A stretch of DNA of 63,263 bases from an uncultured Clostridia bacterium (lineage in GTDB: Bacteria; Bacillota; Clostridia; Christensenellales; UBA1750): positions 1 through 63,263 of the forward strand of contig CALWRM010000157.1 in assembly GCA_944383925.1 (NCBI GenBank), in the 5' to 3' direction. A model generated the notes under the pieces. The model ran no database searches. It was not told the origin of the DNA and was given only the letters and a program-made list of their open reading frames with translations. Of the stretch, positions 9,443 to 20,056 are shown one piece after another. Positions within the stretch are counted from its first letter, which is position 1. Each line of letters begins with the position of its first letter. The position numbers and the translations under genes are program-made.

Positions 9443-11761
9443 ATGTTTCAAATCCCACCCGCTGAAGAAAAGGCCCGGGCAAAGGGAGCGTTCCGGCGGA
9501 TCAAGGGCAACAAGGCCCTGTATTCCGTGCTGATCTTGGCGCTGTGCTTCCTCCTGATGTTGGGGACCCTCGTGGCTGTCGCAAGCCCCGAACAGCACGA
9601 CATCCGCGTGGGGGAACCCGCTCCGGAGACCATCAAGGCCACCAAGGACATCGAGGATAAGATCGCCACCGAGCGCCTTCGCGAGCAGGCGGCAAGCTCC
9701 CTGGGCGAGGGCATCATGCGCAAGGATACCAGCATCGCCGAGCTCTCTTCGGATATGCTGGCGGAGTACATCGCCTCCATGCGCCGGCTGCGAGCTTCCT
9801 ACAACCGCGAGATCAGCGCCACGCCGACCCCGACCCCAACCCCGACGCCGACCCCGGAGGTCGCAGACACGCCGGAGACGGGGGAGGAGCAGCCGGACCA
9901 AGGCATGGAGGAGACCCCGGCGCCTTCGGCGCAGCCCAGCGTGTCCACGCCGGCAACCGCAACGCCCGATCCGCAGGAGAGCGCGCTCTCCTCCCTCGGC
10001 ACGGCGCTGGGTGCGTTGAACCTGACGCAAAAGGAGCTTAAGACCATCCTCACCATCGACGACGCCAGCTTTGACGCCATGGCCGATACCCTCACCCAGC
10101 TGGTGCAGGAGACCATGGAGGAGGGCGTGCGCGACGGCGAGCTGAGCCAGGCCCAGCAGGAGCTGGCCTTCCGCCTAGTGGGCAGCGGGCTGGATAACAA
10201 CCTGATCTCCATCGCCAACGCGCTGGTTTCCGCGGTGCTGCGCGAAAACGTGTTCGAGGATACGGAGGCCACGGAGGCCGAGCGGGAGCAGCTGGCCGAA
10301 GCCGTGGAACCCGTCATCTATAAGAAGGGCCAGAACATCGTGCAGGCGGGCGAGGTGGTCACCGAGCAGCAGTACGCCATGCTGAGCGAGCTCGGCTTGC
10401 TGCAGGCCGAGGGCCTGGACGCCTATATGTACATCGGCATGACCCTGCTGGTGGCCTTGATGTTCGCCACGGTGCTCCTGTATCTGGTCCAGTTTGAAAG
10501 AAAACTGCTACACGAACCGAAGTTCATGCTGCTGCTGGCCGTCATCACCCTGTTGCAGCTGGCCATCGGCCTGGCTGTGCGGCAGCTGGACGCCTACCTC
10601 ATCCCCGTGCAGCTGGGCGCGCTGCTCATCGCCATCCTGCTTAGGCCCGGCTTGGCCCTGCTGATGAACCTGGTGCTGGGCATTTGCTCGGGCGTGCTGG
10701 CCACCGGCGAGGAAGGCCTGCTGGCCGCGCCCATGTTCCAGCTGCTGCTGGTGTCCATGTTCGTCGGTTCCATGGCGGTTTACCTGTCGCGCTTTGCCAC
10801 CAGGCGCTCCAGGCTGCTGTACGCGGGCTTCGCCCTTGGCGTGCTGAACTTCATCTGCGTGCTGGCATCCGGCGTGCTGATCAGCACCAACTTTAGCGAG
10901 AACCTGCGCAACGGCTTGCTGGCCGGGGTTGGCGGTCTGCTTTCCGCCGTGTTGGCCGTGGGCGTTTTGCCCTTGCTGGAGTCCATGTTTAACCTGGTGA
11001 CCCCGCAAATGCTCCTGGAGCTCTCCATCCCCACCCAACCCTTGCTGCGCCAGCTGCAAACCGAGGCGCCGGGCACCTATCACCACTCCATCCTGGTGGC
11101 CAACCTCGCCGAAGCGGCGGCGGACCAGGTGGGCGCCAACGCCCTCCTTTGCCGGGTCGGCTGCTATTACCACGACATCGGCAAGACGAGAAGGCCCATC
11201 TTCTTCAAGGAAAACCAGATGGATCAGCCCAACCCCCACGACGGCATGGAACCCCAGGTATCCGCGGCCATCTTGGCTGCGCATGTGCGCGACGGCCTTG
11301 CCATGGCGGAAAAGTACAAGCTTCCCCAACCCGTGCGCGACCTGATCGCCCAGCACCATGGCGACAGCTTCATGGCCTACTTCTACCACAAGGCCAAGAC
11401 GGCGGCCGAGGCGGCCGGTAAGGAAGTGGATCCCAAGGACTACTGCTACGACGGCCCCAAGCCCCAGACCAAGGAGGCGGCCATCGTCATGATGGCCGAC
11501 AGCGTGGAGGCCGCCGCGCGCACCCTGAAGGAGCGCAGCGTGGAGGCCATCACCAAGTTCGTGCATGACATGATCCGCAGCAAGTTGGACGGTGGTCAGC
11601 TGGACGAGGCCCCGCTCACGCTGAGGGATTTGGACCAAATCGAAAAGGCGTTTATCAAGACGCTCACGGGCATTTACCACGAGCGCATCGAGTATCCCAA
11701 GCTGGACGTCGGTAAAAAGAAAGAAGAAAGCGGCGAAAAGAGCGGACATGCTAGAGATTGA
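9443..11761 (+). CDS. pgpH: Membrane HD-domain phosphohydrolase (7TM receptor with intracellular HD hydrolase, YqfF/PgpH family)
   Basis: 772 aa. Signal anchor, extracellular region, seven hydrophobic segments, and a C-terminal HD domain (YHHSILVANLAE...YYHDIGK...QHHG). Confidence 0.9.
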   Translation: MFQIPPAEEKARAKGAFRRIKGNKALYSVLILALCFLLMLGTLVAVASPEQHDIRVGEPAPETIKATKDIEDKIATERLREQAASSLGEGIMRKDTSIAELSSDMLAEYIASMRRLRASYNREISATPTPTPTPTPTPEVADTPETGEEQPDQGMEETPAPSAQPSVSTPATATPDPQESALSSLGTALGALNLTQKELKTILTIDDASFDAMADTLTQLVQETMEEGVRDGELSQAQQELAFRLVGSGLDNNLISIANALVSAVLRENVFEDTEATEAEREQLAEAVEPVIYKKGQNIVQAGEVVTEQQYAMLSELGLLQAEGLDAYMYIGMTLLVALMFATVLLYLVQFERKLLHEPKFMLLLAVITLLQLAIGLAVRQLDAYLIPVQLGALLIAILLRPGLALLMNLVLGICSGVLATGEEGLLAAPMFQLLLVSMFVGSMAVYLSRFATRRSRLLYAGFALGVLNFICVLASGVLISTNFSENLRNGLLAGVGGLLSAVLAVGVLPLLESMFNLVTPQMLLELSIPTQPLLRQLQTEAPGTYHHSILVANLAEAAADQVGANALLCRVGCYYHDIGKTRRPIFFKENQMDQPNPHDGMEPQVSAAILAAHVRDGLAMAEKYKLPQPVRDLIAQHHGDSFMAYFYHKAKTAAEAAGKEVDPKDYCYDGPKPQTKEAAIVMMADSVEAAARTLKERSVEAITKFVHDMIRSKLDGGQLDEAPLTLRDLDQIEKAFIKTLTGIYHERIEYPKLDVGKKKEESGEKSGHARD
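9821..9856 (+). repeat. (Thr-Pro)x6 codon repeat inside pgpH
   Basis: ACG CCG ACC CCG ACC CCA ACC CCG ACG CCG ACC CCG encodes TPTPTPTPTPTP in the extracellular linker. Confidence 0.8.
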
Positions 11762-13178
11762 ACTGATCGATCAGCGAAAAGACCCGAAGGAAGAGGGACT
11801 TGACGGACTGTTTCAGGCCGTGGGCGAACAGGTGTTGAGCCAACAGGGCGTGGACATGGACGCGAGCGTCTCCGTCAGCCTGGTGGAGGAAGAGGAGATC
11901 CAGCGCATCAACCGGGAGTTTCGGGGCGTGGATCGGGTGACGGACGTGCTTTCCTTTCCCATGCTTGCAGGGAAGCTGAAGGAGCTGCAGGGCCGCGACC
12001 TGGTCGGCAACTTCGACCCGGAAACGGGCTGCCTGTTCCTTGGAGATCTGGTGCTCTGCCCGGCTCGCATCGTGGAGCAGGCCCAGGAATACGGCCACAG
12101 CCAGCGCCGGGAATACGGCTATATGCTGGCCCATGGGCTGCTGCACCTGCTTGGCTACGACCATGAAACCGACGAGGAGCGCAGGGAAATGCGCGAGCTC
12201 GAGGAGGCGGCCCTGCAAACGGTCCACCTCTCCAGAGAAGAATTAAAGGCGAAATCAACAGAAAGAGAAACGGAAAAACCTATGCAAAAGAGCTTTCATT
12301 CCGGCTTTGTGGCCATCCTGGGACGCCCCAACGTGGGCAAGTCCACCCTGATGAACGCCTTGATCGGCGAAAAGGTCGCCATCGTCTCGCCCAGAGCACA
12401 GACAACCCGCAGCCGCATCATGGGCGTGCTCACCCGGCCCGAGGCGCAAATCGTCTTCTTGGATACCCCCGGCATTCACACCCCGCGCAACCGCCTGGGC
12501 GAGTATATGATCCAAGCGGTGCAAAGCGCCCTGGAGGACGTGGACGCCGTGCTGGTGATGCTGGACGCCTCCGACGTTCGCAAGCAGGATCTGGACATCG
12601 TGGAGAAGTACACCAAGCTTGCGGTGCCGGTGGCCGTGGTGGTCAACAAGATCGACACCGTGGATGCGACCGTTTTGGCGCCCCTGCTGCAAAAGCTTTC
12701 CGCCTATCCGGCCAAGGCCTGGCTGCCCATATCCGCCCGGAAGAAGACGGGCCTGGAGGAGCTGCTCAAAACCCTGCTGGATTGGATGCCGGAAGGCCCC
12801 AAGTATTTCCCCGACGACATGGTCACCGACCAGCCGGAGCGCGTAATCGTGGCGGAGATGGTGCGCGAGAAGGCGCTGCGCAACCTGCGCGAGGAAATCC
12901 CCCATGGCATCGGCGTGGAGATCCTATCCATCGAGAACCAGGGCGATGAAAAGCTGGCCGTCACCATCCATGCCAATGTCTATTGCGAAAAGGAGTCCCA
13001 CAAGCGGATCCTCATCGGCAAGCAGGGCGAGATGCTGCGGCGCATCGGCGAACAAGCCAGGGGCGACATCGAGAAGCTGTTGGGCCAGAGGGTGAACCTG
13101 CAGCTTTGGGTCAAGGTCCGGCCGGATTGGCGCAATCGCCAGGAGGACCTGAAGACATTGGGGTATACGAATGAATGA
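11748..13178 (+). CDS. ybeY-era: Single reading frame joining the rRNA-maturation RNase YbeY (N-terminal) to GTPase Era (C-terminal)
   Basis: The YbeY zinc motif HGLLHLLGYDH lies in codons 129-139. A K/E/T-rich linker follows. Then comes a canonical Era sequence (MQKSFHSGFVAILGRPNVGKST from ATG 12282, DTPG, NKID, KH domain). I translated 12180-12300 by hand and found no stop codon. Confidence 0.8.
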   Translation: MLEIELIDQRKDPKEEGLDGLFQAVGEQVLSQQGVDMDASVSVSLVEEEEIQRINREFRGVDRVTDVLSFPMLAGKLKELQGRDLVGNFDPETGCLFLGDLVLCPARIVEQAQEYGHSQRREYGYMLAHGLLHLLGYDHETDEERREMRELEEAALQTVHLSREELKAKSTERETEKPMQKSFHSGFVAILGRPNVGKSTLMNALIGEKVAIVSPRAQTTRSRIMGVLTRPEAQIVFLDTPGIHTPRNRLGEYMIQAVQSALEDVDAVLVMLDASDVRKQDLDIVEKYTKLAVPVAVVVNKIDTVDATVLAPLLQKLSAYPAKAWLPISARKKTGLEELLKTLLDWMPEGPKYFPDDMVTDQPERVIVAEMVREKALRNLREEIPHGIGVEILSIENQGDEKLAVTIHANVYCEKESHKRILIGKQGEMLRRIGEQARGDIEKLLGQRVNLQLWVKVRPDWRNRQEDLKTLGYTNE

Positions 13179-13185
13179 GAAATAG

Positions 13186-13220
13186 GCCCGCCCTTCCGGG
13201 AGAGGAAGGCGGGCCGTTTC
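13186..13220 (+). terminator. Intrinsic terminator after era
   Basis: GGCCCGCCCTTCC / GGAAGGCGGGCC stem with one bulge, followed by GTTTC. Confidence 0.6.
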
Positions 13221-13263
13221 AAAATCCGCGGCAGGACGGGGAAAAGGGGGGAGGTTGACGGCC

Positions 13264-13983
13264 ATGGCGTTTCCCATCAAGCTTAACGGCATCGTGCTCA
13301 GGACCGTCAACTACCGCGAATACGATCGCATGCTCACCCTGTTTACCCAGGAACAGGGAAGGGTGGAGGCGTCTGCCCGTGGGGCACGCAGGCCGTCCAG
13401 CAAGCTGCTGGCCGCCACCACCCAGTTTACCCTCGGCGAGTTTTTGCTCAATGAGCGCGGCGGGCAGTACTATTTGGCCGGTTGTACGGTGGACAAAACC
13501 CATTACGCCCTGCGCGAAAGCCCCCCGCATCTGGCCTGCGCCACGCTGTTTGCCAGGCTTTGCCTGGAGGTGGTACAGGAGGGAGAGTCCAATGAGGGGC
13601 TCTTCGTGCTCCTGCTGCAGGCCTTGGCCTATCTGGAAGCCCAGTTTGAGGGCATCAAGTCCCTGACGGCGGCCTTTTTGTTGCGCTTCCTGGCCCTTAA
13701 CGGCCAAGGGTTGACCCTCCGGCGCTGTGTGCAGTGCGCGGGTCCCCTTCGGGACGCCCGCTTTGACTTTGCCAAGGGCGGCCTGGCCTGCGCGGAGCAC
13801 GCCAGCCCCCAGAGCCCTCCGGCCACCAAGGAGCAGGTGTTCGCGCTGCTGCGCGCCGCGCAAGGGGATAGGCTTATTCCCCTGGGGCCGGTGGAAGGCT
13901 GTTACCAAGCCATGCGTGCCTACACCGAAACGCTGTTGGACAAGCAGTTTCCCGCCTTTGACTACCTCGAGCGGCTGCTGTAG
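13264..13983 (+). CDS. recO: DNA repair protein RecO
   Basis: OB-fold N-terminus (LNGIVLRTVNYREYDRMLTLFT) and Cys motif CVQC...CAEH. ATG 13264 lies 9 nt after GGAGG. Confidence 0.9.
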   Translation: MAFPIKLNGIVLRTVNYREYDRMLTLFTQEQGRVEASARGARRPSSKLLAATTQFTLGEFLLNERGGQYYLAGCTVDKTHYALRESPPHLACATLFARLCLEVVQEGESNEGLFVLLLQALAYLEAQFEGIKSLTAAFLLRFLALNGQGLTLRRCVQCAGPLRDARFDFAKGGLACAEHASPQSPPATKEQVFALLRAAQGDRLIPLGPVEGCYQAMRAYTETLLDKQFPAFDYLERLL

Positions 13984-13987
13984 GCGT

Positions 13988-14572
13988 CTAGCGCAGGAAC
14001 AGCTGGACCCAAAGGTGTACGCCGTCGATCACCACATGCACCACGCCGATGCGGGTATAGCTCTCCCGCATGATGTTGGCATAGTGGCCAGGGCTGCTCA
14101 TCCAGGAGGCCATGACCCGTTCCACGGTCATCTGCCCCCTGGCGATGTTTTCTCCTGCGCCGGAATAGACCGCGCCGACCTCGTCCAGGGCTGTGAAGCA
14201 GCTCTCCCCGTTGGGACGGGTATGCGAAAAGCTCTGGGCCAGCTCTGCGGCGCGCAGTTGGGCGGCGGCAACGGCGTCCGCGTCCACGACGAGGGCGTCA
14301 AGGCCTTGCTTGGCCCTCTCGTCGTTGGTCATCTCCACCACGGCCCGGGCATAGGCGTCCAAGGAAGCCTCCGCGACCGGGGCGGTCGCCTCGGGAGAGG
14401 CCGTTGGCGCAGGGGCTTTGGTCGCCTCGGCGGTTGGCGTTGGGGTGGCGCTGGCGACCGCGCAGGGGCCTTGGCTCGGCAAACCGCTGGGCCGGCAGAC
14501 CGCGGTGGTCCACGGGGCGTTGACCGTGCAGCAAAGGGCGCAGGCTGTCAGGATGGATGCGAGTTTCATCAT
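13988..14572 (-). CDS. CAP/SCP (YkwD-like) domain lipoprotein
   Basis: Lipobox ILTAC, a Thr/Pro/Ala linker, and a CAP-domain C-terminus (NDERAKQGL...HTRPNG...GENIA...W..SPGHYANI). AAGGAGG lies 8 nt upstream of ATG 14572. Confidence 0.8.
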   Translation of the reverse strand: MMKLASILTACALCCTVNAPWTTAVCRPSGLPSQGPCAVASATPTPTAEATKAPAPTASPEATAPVAEASLDAYARAVVEMTNDERAKQGLDALVVDADAVAAAQLRAAELAQSFSHTRPNGESCFTALDEVGAVYSGAGENIARGQMTVERVMASWMSSPGHYANIMRESYTRIGVVHVVIDGVHLWVQLFLR

Positions 14573-14785
14573 TGCTTTTTCCTCCTTTTTGAAGAAATTT
14601 TCATGTTTCTCCCACATGTGGTGGCATCATACCACCAAAGGTTGAGGCTGGCAATTGAAGAAACTGGATGTAAAGGAAATACCATGCAGATTTCGATTTC
14701 AAAGCTGTAACTTTTCGGCTGTTCTGGAAAATCGTAACCACGGGGAAACAACTTGGGGAAAAATGGGTGCGAAAGGGGGAGGGCC

Positions 14786-15958
14786 ATGGAGGCTGCGCAG
14801 GAAGCCCTGTACATGCTCTCGGCGCTGGAGCAAGCCGGGTATGAGGCCTACCTGGTGGGCGGCTGCGTGCGGGACGCCCTGCTCGGCCAGCCGCCGAAGG
14901 ATTACGACATCGCCACCCAGGCCCGCCCCCCGCAGGCCACGGAGGCGTTGGAGGCGGCGGGCTGCCGGGTGCACCCCACGGGCATCGCCCATGGCACGGT
15001 CACGGCGGTATACCGGGGCCTGGCCGTGGAGGTAACCGCCTACCGCAGGGATGGGGAATACCTGGACCACCGGCATCCCAGCCAGGTGCGCTTCGTCAGC
15101 CAGCTGCAAGAGGATCTGCTCCGGCGGGATTTTACCTGCAACGCCCTGGCCTTTCACCCGGACAGGGGCCTGGTGGATCTGGTCGGCGGGTTGCCGGACC
15201 TGCGCGCCGGCCTGCTCCGCTGCGTGGGAGATCCCATGGCGCGGTTTGAGGAAGACGCCCTGCGCGTGCTGAGGGCCCTGCGCTTTGCCTCCGTGCTCGG
15301 CTTTGCCATCGAGGCGGAGACGGCGGCCGCCGTTCATCAGCGGGCGGCGCTTTTGCAATCTGTCGCCAGGGAGAGGATCAGCGCGGAGCTCCTCAAGCTG
15401 GTTTGCGGCAAACGGGCGGAGCCGGTGCTCGGCGCGTTTTGGGACGTGCTGGCCGTCTGCTTGCCGGGCCTTGCTGAAACGCCGGACGCGCAGAAGGCGG
15501 CTTGCCTTGAACGGCTTTCCAGCCTGCCGCCAGATCCCTTGTTGCGGCTATATCCGCTTTTGCGCTGTAGCGCAAGCCCGGAGGAGGATTTGCGCGCCCT
15601 GCGCCTGAGCGCGAGACAACAGGAGAGCCTGCGCCTGCTGCTGGCCCTGGGGGAACAGCCCCAAAGCAGCCTGCCCCAGGTGCGCAGGCTGCTCGGCAAG
15701 CAGGGCGAGGAGAGGGCGCGCCTGCTGCTGACATTGCAGGGCGGACAGGCCCTACCCTTGTTGGAGCGCTGCCTGCAAGAGGGCCTATGCTGTTCCCTGT
15801 CCCAGCTGGCGCTGGGCGGGAGGGAACTGCTGGGCTTGGGCCTGCAGGGGCCGCGGGTGGGCGAGGCCCTCGACGGGCTGTTGGGGCTTGTGATCGAGGG
15901 GAAATTGCCCAACGATAGGGCCGCCCTGTTGGAGGCGGCCAGGAGGTGGATGGAGTGA
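14786..15958 (+). CDS. cca: CCA-adding enzyme / tRNA nucleotidyltransferase (PolyA_pol family)
   Basis: GGCVRDALLG..PKDYDIAT motif and RRDFTCNALA. A GA-rich SD lies upstream of ATG 14786. Confidence 0.85.
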   Translation: MEAAQEALYMLSALEQAGYEAYLVGGCVRDALLGQPPKDYDIATQARPPQATEALEAAGCRVHPTGIAHGTVTAVYRGLAVEVTAYRRDGEYLDHRHPSQVRFVSQLQEDLLRRDFTCNALAFHPDRGLVDLVGGLPDLRAGLLRCVGDPMARFEEDALRVLRALRFASVLGFAIEAETAAAVHQRAALLQSVARERISAELLKLVCGKRAEPVLGAFWDVLAVCLPGLAETPDAQKAACLERLSSLPPDPLLRLYPLLRCSASPEEDLRALRLSARQQESLRLLLALGEQPQSSLPQVRRLLGKQGEERARLLLTLQGGQALPLLERCLQEGLCCSLSQLALGGRELLGLGLQGPRVGEALDGLLGLVIEGKLPNDRAALLEAARRWME

Positions 15959-16470
15959 CCATGAACGAGCCGAGAACGGCCCTGGAGCGAGCGCGCAGCC
16001 TGTTGGAGTCCACGACGCCGCTGAAGGCCGATTGCGGCAGGCTTTGCGGCGCCCTTTGCTGCAAGGAGGAGGAAGGGTGGGAAGTTGCGGGCATGCTGCT
16101 GTTTCCGGGCGAGGAAGCGTACTACGCCCACCAGGGCGCCTGGATGGAGCTGCTGGATTCCGCGCTGGAGTTTCAGGGCAAGCCCGTTCCCCTGCTGGTC
16201 TGCAAGCTGCCTTGCCCCAGGCGCCTACGGCCGCTGAGCTGCCGCATCTTCCCTCTGTTTCCCTATTTGGACAAGGACGGCGTCCTCTCCGTAGAAATGG
16301 ACGTGCGCGCCAGGCCCCTTTGTCCCCTGTGCGAGCACGGTCTTCGCGGGCTGGATCCGGCCTTTGTGCAGGCCGTGCAGGCGGCGGGCCAGGCCCTGTG
16401 CGAGGACGAAACGCAGAGGCAGTTCCTGCGCCTGCTCACCGAGCATCTGGAGGAATATCTATGGCTATAA
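15946..16470 (+). CDS. YkgJ-family (UPF0153) Cys-cluster protein
   Basis: CGRLCGALCC motif plus distal Cys pairs (CKLPC, CPLC). The start is uncertain (GTG 15946/15955 or ATG 15961). It overlaps the cca stop. Confidence 0.65.
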   Translation: MDGVTMNEPRTALERARSLLESTTPLKADCGRLCGALCCKEEEGWEVAGMLLFPGEEAYYAHQGAWMELLDSALEFQGKPVPLLVCKLPCPRRLRPLSCRIFPLFPYLDKDGVLSVEMDVRARPLCPLCEHGLRGLDPAFVQAVQAAGQALCEDETQRQFLRLLTEHLEEYLWL

Positions 16471-17561
16471 AGCGCGTAACGCTCGGCCTAGAGCTGCTGC
16501 CAGGGGAGGGGCCCGGCGGCGACCATTACCTGGGAGAGCTTTCGCAGGTCTTGCCCCAGCTGCCGGAAAGGGCAAGCCTGTGCTATCTGGACCCGCCCTT
16601 TTCCACGGGCAAGGAATTTGGCGCCTATTCGGACCGCTGGGAGGGGATGCAGGCCTATTTGGCCTTTCTCCACGAGAGCCTGGAGTTGGCCGCCAGGGCT
16701 TTGAGGGAGGATGGAAACCTGTTCCTGCACGTGGACCATCGCGCCGGCGCCTATGCCCGCCTTCATCTGGATCAAATCCTGGGGGAGGTGTGCTTCCGCA
16801 ACGAGATCATCTGGGCCTATAACAGCGGAGGCCGCTCCAAACGGCATTTCAGCCGGAAGCACGATACCATCCTCTACTACGCCCTTTCCAAGGACAGCCA
16901 TTTCGATCCCATGGCTGTGGCCCTTCCAAGAACCGAGCACAGGCACAACCACATGCGCCGCCAGGTGGACGAGCAGGGCCGGGCCTACCGGTCCATCCGC
17001 TCCGGCGGCAGGGAATACCGCTACTACGACGACGATCCCGTGCCCCCATCCGACGTGTGGACGGACATCGCCCACCTGCAACAAAAGGATCCGGAACGCT
17101 GCGGCTATCCCACGCAAAAGCCCCTCAAGCTGCTTCGGCGCATCGTGCGCTGCGCCTCCAAGCCCGACGAATTGGTGCTGGACGGCTTTGCAGGCTCCGG
17201 AACCAGCTATTTGGCGGCCTCGCTGGAAGGCAGGCGCTTTGTGGGCTGCGACAACGGATATGAGGCGCTCTGCGCGGTGCGCGGCCGGCTGCTGGGCCGC
17301 TCCGCCCGCCTGCACGTGGAGCATGCGCCCGCCCTGCCCGAGGACTTTTTGCCGGCCATGGCCGTGGGCGCCGAGGGCTTTTGCGTGGAGAATGCGCGCT
17401 TTTTCTCCCTTGGGCGCTGGTCGGACGGCGCCTATGTCCATCTGCGCTGGCCGGACCGGGGAAAAAGAGCCATTCCGGAACGCTTGGATGAGGGCTTTGA
17501 CCAGGAAACCAACGCCGTTTTTTGCCAAACGCCGGAAGGCCAAGGGGTCTTTCTGCTGTAA
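16461..17561 (+). CDS. Site-specific DNA methyltransferase, beta class (N6_N4_Mtase family), apparently orphan
   Basis: Motif IV DPPF (LCYLDPPFS) precedes TQKP and motif I VLDGFAGSGTS. ATG 16461 overlaps the YkgJ-like stop by 10 nt. About 100 aa of C-terminal extension is unassigned. Confidence 0.85.
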   Translation: MAIKRVTLGLELLPGEGPGGDHYLGELSQVLPQLPERASLCYLDPPFSTGKEFGAYSDRWEGMQAYLAFLHESLELAARALREDGNLFLHVDHRAGAYARLHLDQILGEVCFRNEIIWAYNSGGRSKRHFSRKHDTILYYALSKDSHFDPMAVALPRTEHRHNHMRRQVDEQGRAYRSIRSGGREYRYYDDDPVPPSDVWTDIAHLQQKDPERCGYPTQKPLKLLRRIVRCASKPDELVLDGFAGSGTSYLAASLEGRRFVGCDNGYEALCAVRGRLLGRSARLHVEHAPALPEDFLPAMAVGAEGFCVENARFFSLGRWSDGAYVHLRWPDRGKRAIPERLDEGFDQETNAVFCQTPEGQGVFLL

Positions 17562-17588
17562 TACCCGATAAGGAGGAGACGATGGACT

Positions 17589-18344
17589 ATGCGCTTTAGC
17601 ATAAATACCCTCTGCCTGTTTCCGGGCTATTCCTTGGAACAGGCCCTGGAACAGATGCTGCCCCTGGGATATGACACCTTTGAGCTGTGGGGCTTAAGCC
17701 CAGAGCAGCCGCGCCAGATCCAAGACTGCCTGCGCAAGAGCGGCGCGCATCTTAGCGCCTTTTGCCCGTCCTTTTTCATCCTCAACGACCCGGCGAGGCG
17801 GGAGGAATACCTGCGCTCCCTACAGGAGGCCCTGGAGACGGCCAAGCGCTTGGCCTGCCCCGGGCTGATCACCCAGGTCGGCCAGGACACGGGCGCGCCG
17901 CGCGCGGCACAACACCAATCCATCGTGGAAGGCCTGCGGGCTGCGGCGCCCTTGCTGGAGCAGGCCGGCGTCACCCTGCTGGTGGAACCGCTCAACGATG
18001 TGAAGGACCATCCGGGCTACTATCTGACCGACTCCAACGAAGGCTTCGACATCATCCGCCAGGTGAATAGCCCGAACGTTCGCTTGCTGTTCGACGTCTA
18101 CCACCAGGTGCATATGGGCGAGGATGTGCTGGCGCGCATACGCGACAACCTGCCCCTGATCGGCCACTTCCATGTAGCCGGCCACCCCAGGCGGGACGAT
18201 AAGCTGTTCGAGAACTTCGACTACGATCCCGTCTTTCGCCTGATCGCCGAATCCAAGGTACAGGCGCCCGTGGGCTTGGAACTCTTCTGCCCGGCGGAGG
18301 CCTCCCTGGCGCTGCTCAAGCGGCTTGGCGCGTATCTGGACTAA
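17589..18344 (+). CDS. Xylose isomerase-like TIM-barrel protein (sugar phosphate isomerase/epimerase, hydroxypyruvate isomerase-like)
   Basis: 251 aa with the typical pattern (LLVEPLN..., FDVYH, HFHVAG). AAGGAGG SD upstream. Confidence 0.8.
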   Translation: MRFSINTLCLFPGYSLEQALEQMLPLGYDTFELWGLSPEQPRQIQDCLRKSGAHLSAFCPSFFILNDPARREEYLRSLQEALETAKRLACPGLITQVGQDTGAPRAAQHQSIVEGLRAAAPLLEQAGVTLLVEPLNDVKDHPGYYLTDSNEGFDIIRQVNSPNVRLLFDVYHQVHMGEDVLARIRDNLPLIGHFHVAGHPRRDDKLFENFDYDPVFRLIAESKVQAPVGLELFCPAEASLALLKRLGAYLD

Positions 18345-18382
18345 GGGAGTTTAAATACAAAGACACGATGGAGAAAGGATGA

Positions 18383-19897
<1,515 letters not shown>

Positions 19898-19918
19898 TGA
19901 TCCGCCCAAGATAAAACC

Positions 19919-19952
19919 AAGGGGAGAACCGCCACACGGCGGTCCTCCCCTT
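19919..19952 (+). terminator. Hairpin after abfA
   Basis: AAGGGGAGAACCGCC acac GGCGGTCCTCCCCTT with one mismatch. The downstream T-tract is weak. Confidence 0.5.
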
Positions 19953-19998
19953 CGCCTTTGCCCGGCGCTTGACAGATCGGGGGAAGGGGGAAAGCGAA

Positions 19999-20030
19999 GG
20001 GGAGGATGCCCATCCTGGGACATCCTCCCC
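19999..20030 (-). terminator. Hairpin downstream of the minus-strand gene 20057-20659
   Basis: 10-bp stem GGGGAGGATG / CATCCTCCCC with a 12-nt loop. On the minus strand it is followed by TTCGCTTTCCC. Confidence 0.45.
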
Positions 20031-20056
20031 TGTGTATCTTCCGTTTGCGAGGCGGT

